64,000 nt of DNA from assembly GCA_963665115.1 (NCBI GenBank), contig OY762007.1:7616001-7680000 (forward strand). The letters run 5' to 3'. Of the stretch, positions 61,542-64,000 are shown piece after piece. The notes under the pieces were generated by a model. The model was not told the origin of the DNA, made no database searches, and worked only from the letters and a program-made list of their open reading frames with translations. The position numbers and the translations under genes are program-made. Numbering within the stretch: position 1 is the stretch's first letter; the number at the start of each line of letters is the position of its first letter. Origin of the DNA: an uncultured Rivularia sp. (GTDB lineage: Bacteria > Cyanobacteriota > Cyanobacteriia > Cyanobacteriales > Nostocaceae).

Positions 61542-63576
61542 ATGAATAAAATAACTGCGATCGCGATTAGACATTGGAAGCCTGTAATACTCTGGAACCT
61601 TTTAGTTGTAAGTCTTACTGCTTATATTGCTACAGTTACGCCACGGATGTGGAATGCTACAGCACAATTGACGATTCCTGCGACAAATGGCAATTTGGAT
61701 GCTAGTTTGGGCATTTTGGGTTCTTTTAGAAAAGATGCTAGTGGTATTTCTGCAATTAGCGACAGTCAATTACAAATGCAGAAAAGTATTCTAACTAGCG
61801 ATACTTTAATGGAAAAAGTATTTGGTGCTGACTCACAAAATAATGAATTTGATAGCCTACCCGAATACAAATCGCTATTTGAAATTTCCATCGATGAAAA
61901 CTCGCGCATTATTACCGTAAATACTAAAGGTTTTTCACCCGAATCTGCAAAACTGCGAACCAATAATTTTATCATTCTTTATCAACAACGGCTTAAAGAA
62001 CTGCGGCAGCAAAACCGTTTATCAAAAAGAGAATTTAGTGCGGTTGAATTAGAAGATGCTCGCAATAATTTGATGTCGGCACAACAAGATTTGGCGGAAT
62101 TTAAACAATCTAGTGCTTTGGTTGATGCCGAAGAACAAACAAAGGCAATTGTTACGACGATTGATAATTTAACTAAGGCTCAATTGGAGGCATTATCTCA
62201 AGTTGAATACAATCAGAATCGCGTTAATACTTTGTCAAATCTGCTGAGTATGTCCTCAAACCAAGCGATTCGTTCTTTAAGCTTGGGCGAAAATAGAGAT
62301 TATCAATTTATGAGAGGAAAGTTAGCAGAAATAAAAGCTAATTTATCTAGTTTGCGTGCTAAGTATACCGATAATCATCCCGCTGTTCGAGAACTTTTAC
62401 AACAAGAACAAGTATTATCAAATCGGATACAAAAGCAAGTCAAACAAACTGGTGGTGGTACTCCTATCGATACTACCGTAAGCGGTGAAGGAGAAGGACG
62501 CGCTGGTTTAATTGAACAATTAATTTTGGCAGAAACTGAAGCCTCCGGTCAACATAAACGCGCTCAACTGATACAAAATCAAATAAACCAACTAAAAAAT
62601 AATTTAAATTCGATTCCGCAACAGCAAAAAAGATTACTAGAACTTCAACGCAGCGTTGATGTTGCGGAGGGAGTTTATAAAGGTTTAGTTGCTCAAGTAC
62701 AGCAAACTAATATTGATGTTTTTGATGTTTATCCAAACGTAGAAATATTAGATTCACCTAGAGCTAATAACAGCCCGATTTCGCCCAAAAAGTCCTTGAT
62801 GATTTTAAATGCTTTATTGGCAGGAATCACTGGCAGCCTTGCTTTAATATTACTTTTAGAAAGACGGAATCCATTATTAAGTCCTCAAGATTTAAAAGAT
62901 ATGAAATTCCCGATGGTTGTTTCTATCCCCCGACTTCAGAATGCGGAGCTAACATCTGATGATGATGATGATGAGAAACAGGTAAAATTCCAACGTCTTG
63001 CTTCAGCACTTAGCTTACAACCTTTAAATAATCGTCATCTTTTAATTACCAGCGCGATGGAAAGCGAAGGTAAGACAACTGTAACTCTAGGGCTAGCAAA
63101 AGCATTAGTAGATTTAGGCTTCCGAGTGCTGGTAGTTGATGGAGATTTTATCCGAGCAGAGCTTACTCAAAACTTGGGTTTCACTCAAGAATTAAACATT
63201 ACCAACGAGGTTATCTCCATAGCTCCCAACTTAGATTTATTACCTACAACACCACGAAGCGGCAAAATCGTAAAAATGGTATCCGAAGGAAGATTCCAAC
63301 AAGCGCTAGCAGATGCCGAATCTCATAGTAAGTACGATTATGTTTTGGTTGATACCGCCCCGGTAAGCGCTACAACTGCTACAGCATTAATGACTGCTCA
63401 AATTCCCAATGTATTGTTCGTTGTTAAACCAGGTATGAGTTTTAGTAACTCAGTTTCGCGATAGCTTACAGCAGTTAATGGAACATCAAGCTCAAGTATT
63501 AGGTTTAGTTGTCAATGGCGTGGAAATTGATGCTAAACCTTACAAGCAGCGGTTGCACGAGCAGGTAATTAGTTAG
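61542..63576 (+). CDS. wzc: Polysaccharide co-polymerase, GumC/Wzc-like; one +1 frameshift at 63454-63456
   Basis: TM - coiled coil (YTDNHPAV) - TM - P-loop (SAMESEGKTT, VVDGDF, VDTAP). Deleting one T extends the ORF to ...VRDSLQQL...VLGLVVNGVE...VIS* at 63576. Confidence 0.85.
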
Positions 63577-63588
63577 TCAATAGCGCAG

Positions 63589-63691
63589 TAAGCTGATGTG
63601 CAGCTAAATTGTATAAAACAAAATTTGGTAATTATTGTAGTGCGGGCATCTTGCCCGCTAGTACTATACAAATTAAGTGCGTAACAACTTA
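63589..63691. mobile_element. MITE-like element family A, 103-nt basic copy
   Basis: Same termini, length and central GCGGGCATCTTGCCCGC hairpin as 45770-45872. Confidence 0.75.
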
Positions 63692-64000
63692 GTACATTTC
63701 ATTAGTTCCGACGGAATGTAGAGACGTAGCATTGCTACGTCTAGCGACGTTTCCCGCAAAAACAAACCCGTCAACTTCACGATCTTAATTTTGATAGATA
63801 GAAGTAGTGTCAAATTTCCACCCCGATATAAATATGCGGGGCTACCATTTTCCCGCGTACTTTTAGGTGTGATTTGGAAAGCTCGCTCATTACCATCAGG
63901 GAGCGAGACGCTCCCACTACAAAAACGATAGTAAAGCTTTCTGATTTAATTTAAATTCAATTTTATAAAAATTCCGATGCTCAACTTTCAATAAAAGATT

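Overview
This is an AT-rich chromosomal window from a cyanobacterium. The ado-aar pair, rpaA, many GCGATCGC HIP1 sites and heptamer tandem repeats point to a filamentous, probably heterocyst-forming (Nostocales-type) organism; that taxonomy is inferred. Housekeeping and metabolic genes include aar, ado, a cyaB1-type adenylate cyclase, recN, an ABC1 kinase, gyrA, lnt, a PPTase and rpaA. Four accessory blocks stand out. (1) 26.1-36.3 kb: a nine-gene VirB4/VirB10 type IV secretion-like operon with the gene order of cyanobacterial conjugative MPF_C, but with no coupling protein, relaxase or integrase beside it. (2) 36.7-41.1 kb: a divergent metallophosphoesterase/PhoX pair with Pho-box-like repeats, plus an extremely acidic RTX Ca-binding protein, abutting a 5'-truncated BchE-like gene. 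(3) 47.0-50.6 kb: a PATAN/DUF4388 - small GTPase - Roadblock - protoglobin cluster behind a canonical NtcA-type promoter. (4) 51.4-63.6 kb: a Wzy-type polysaccharide cluster, also behind an NtcA-type promoter. Six genes are each broken by one extra base in a short homopolymer, most likely a sequencing artefact. Small repeats (MITE-like, REP-like, SDR-like) are abundant, and three sit in frame inside coding sequence. I found no rRNA, tRNA, CRISPR array or transposase. All family assignments come from motif recognition by eye, not database searches.
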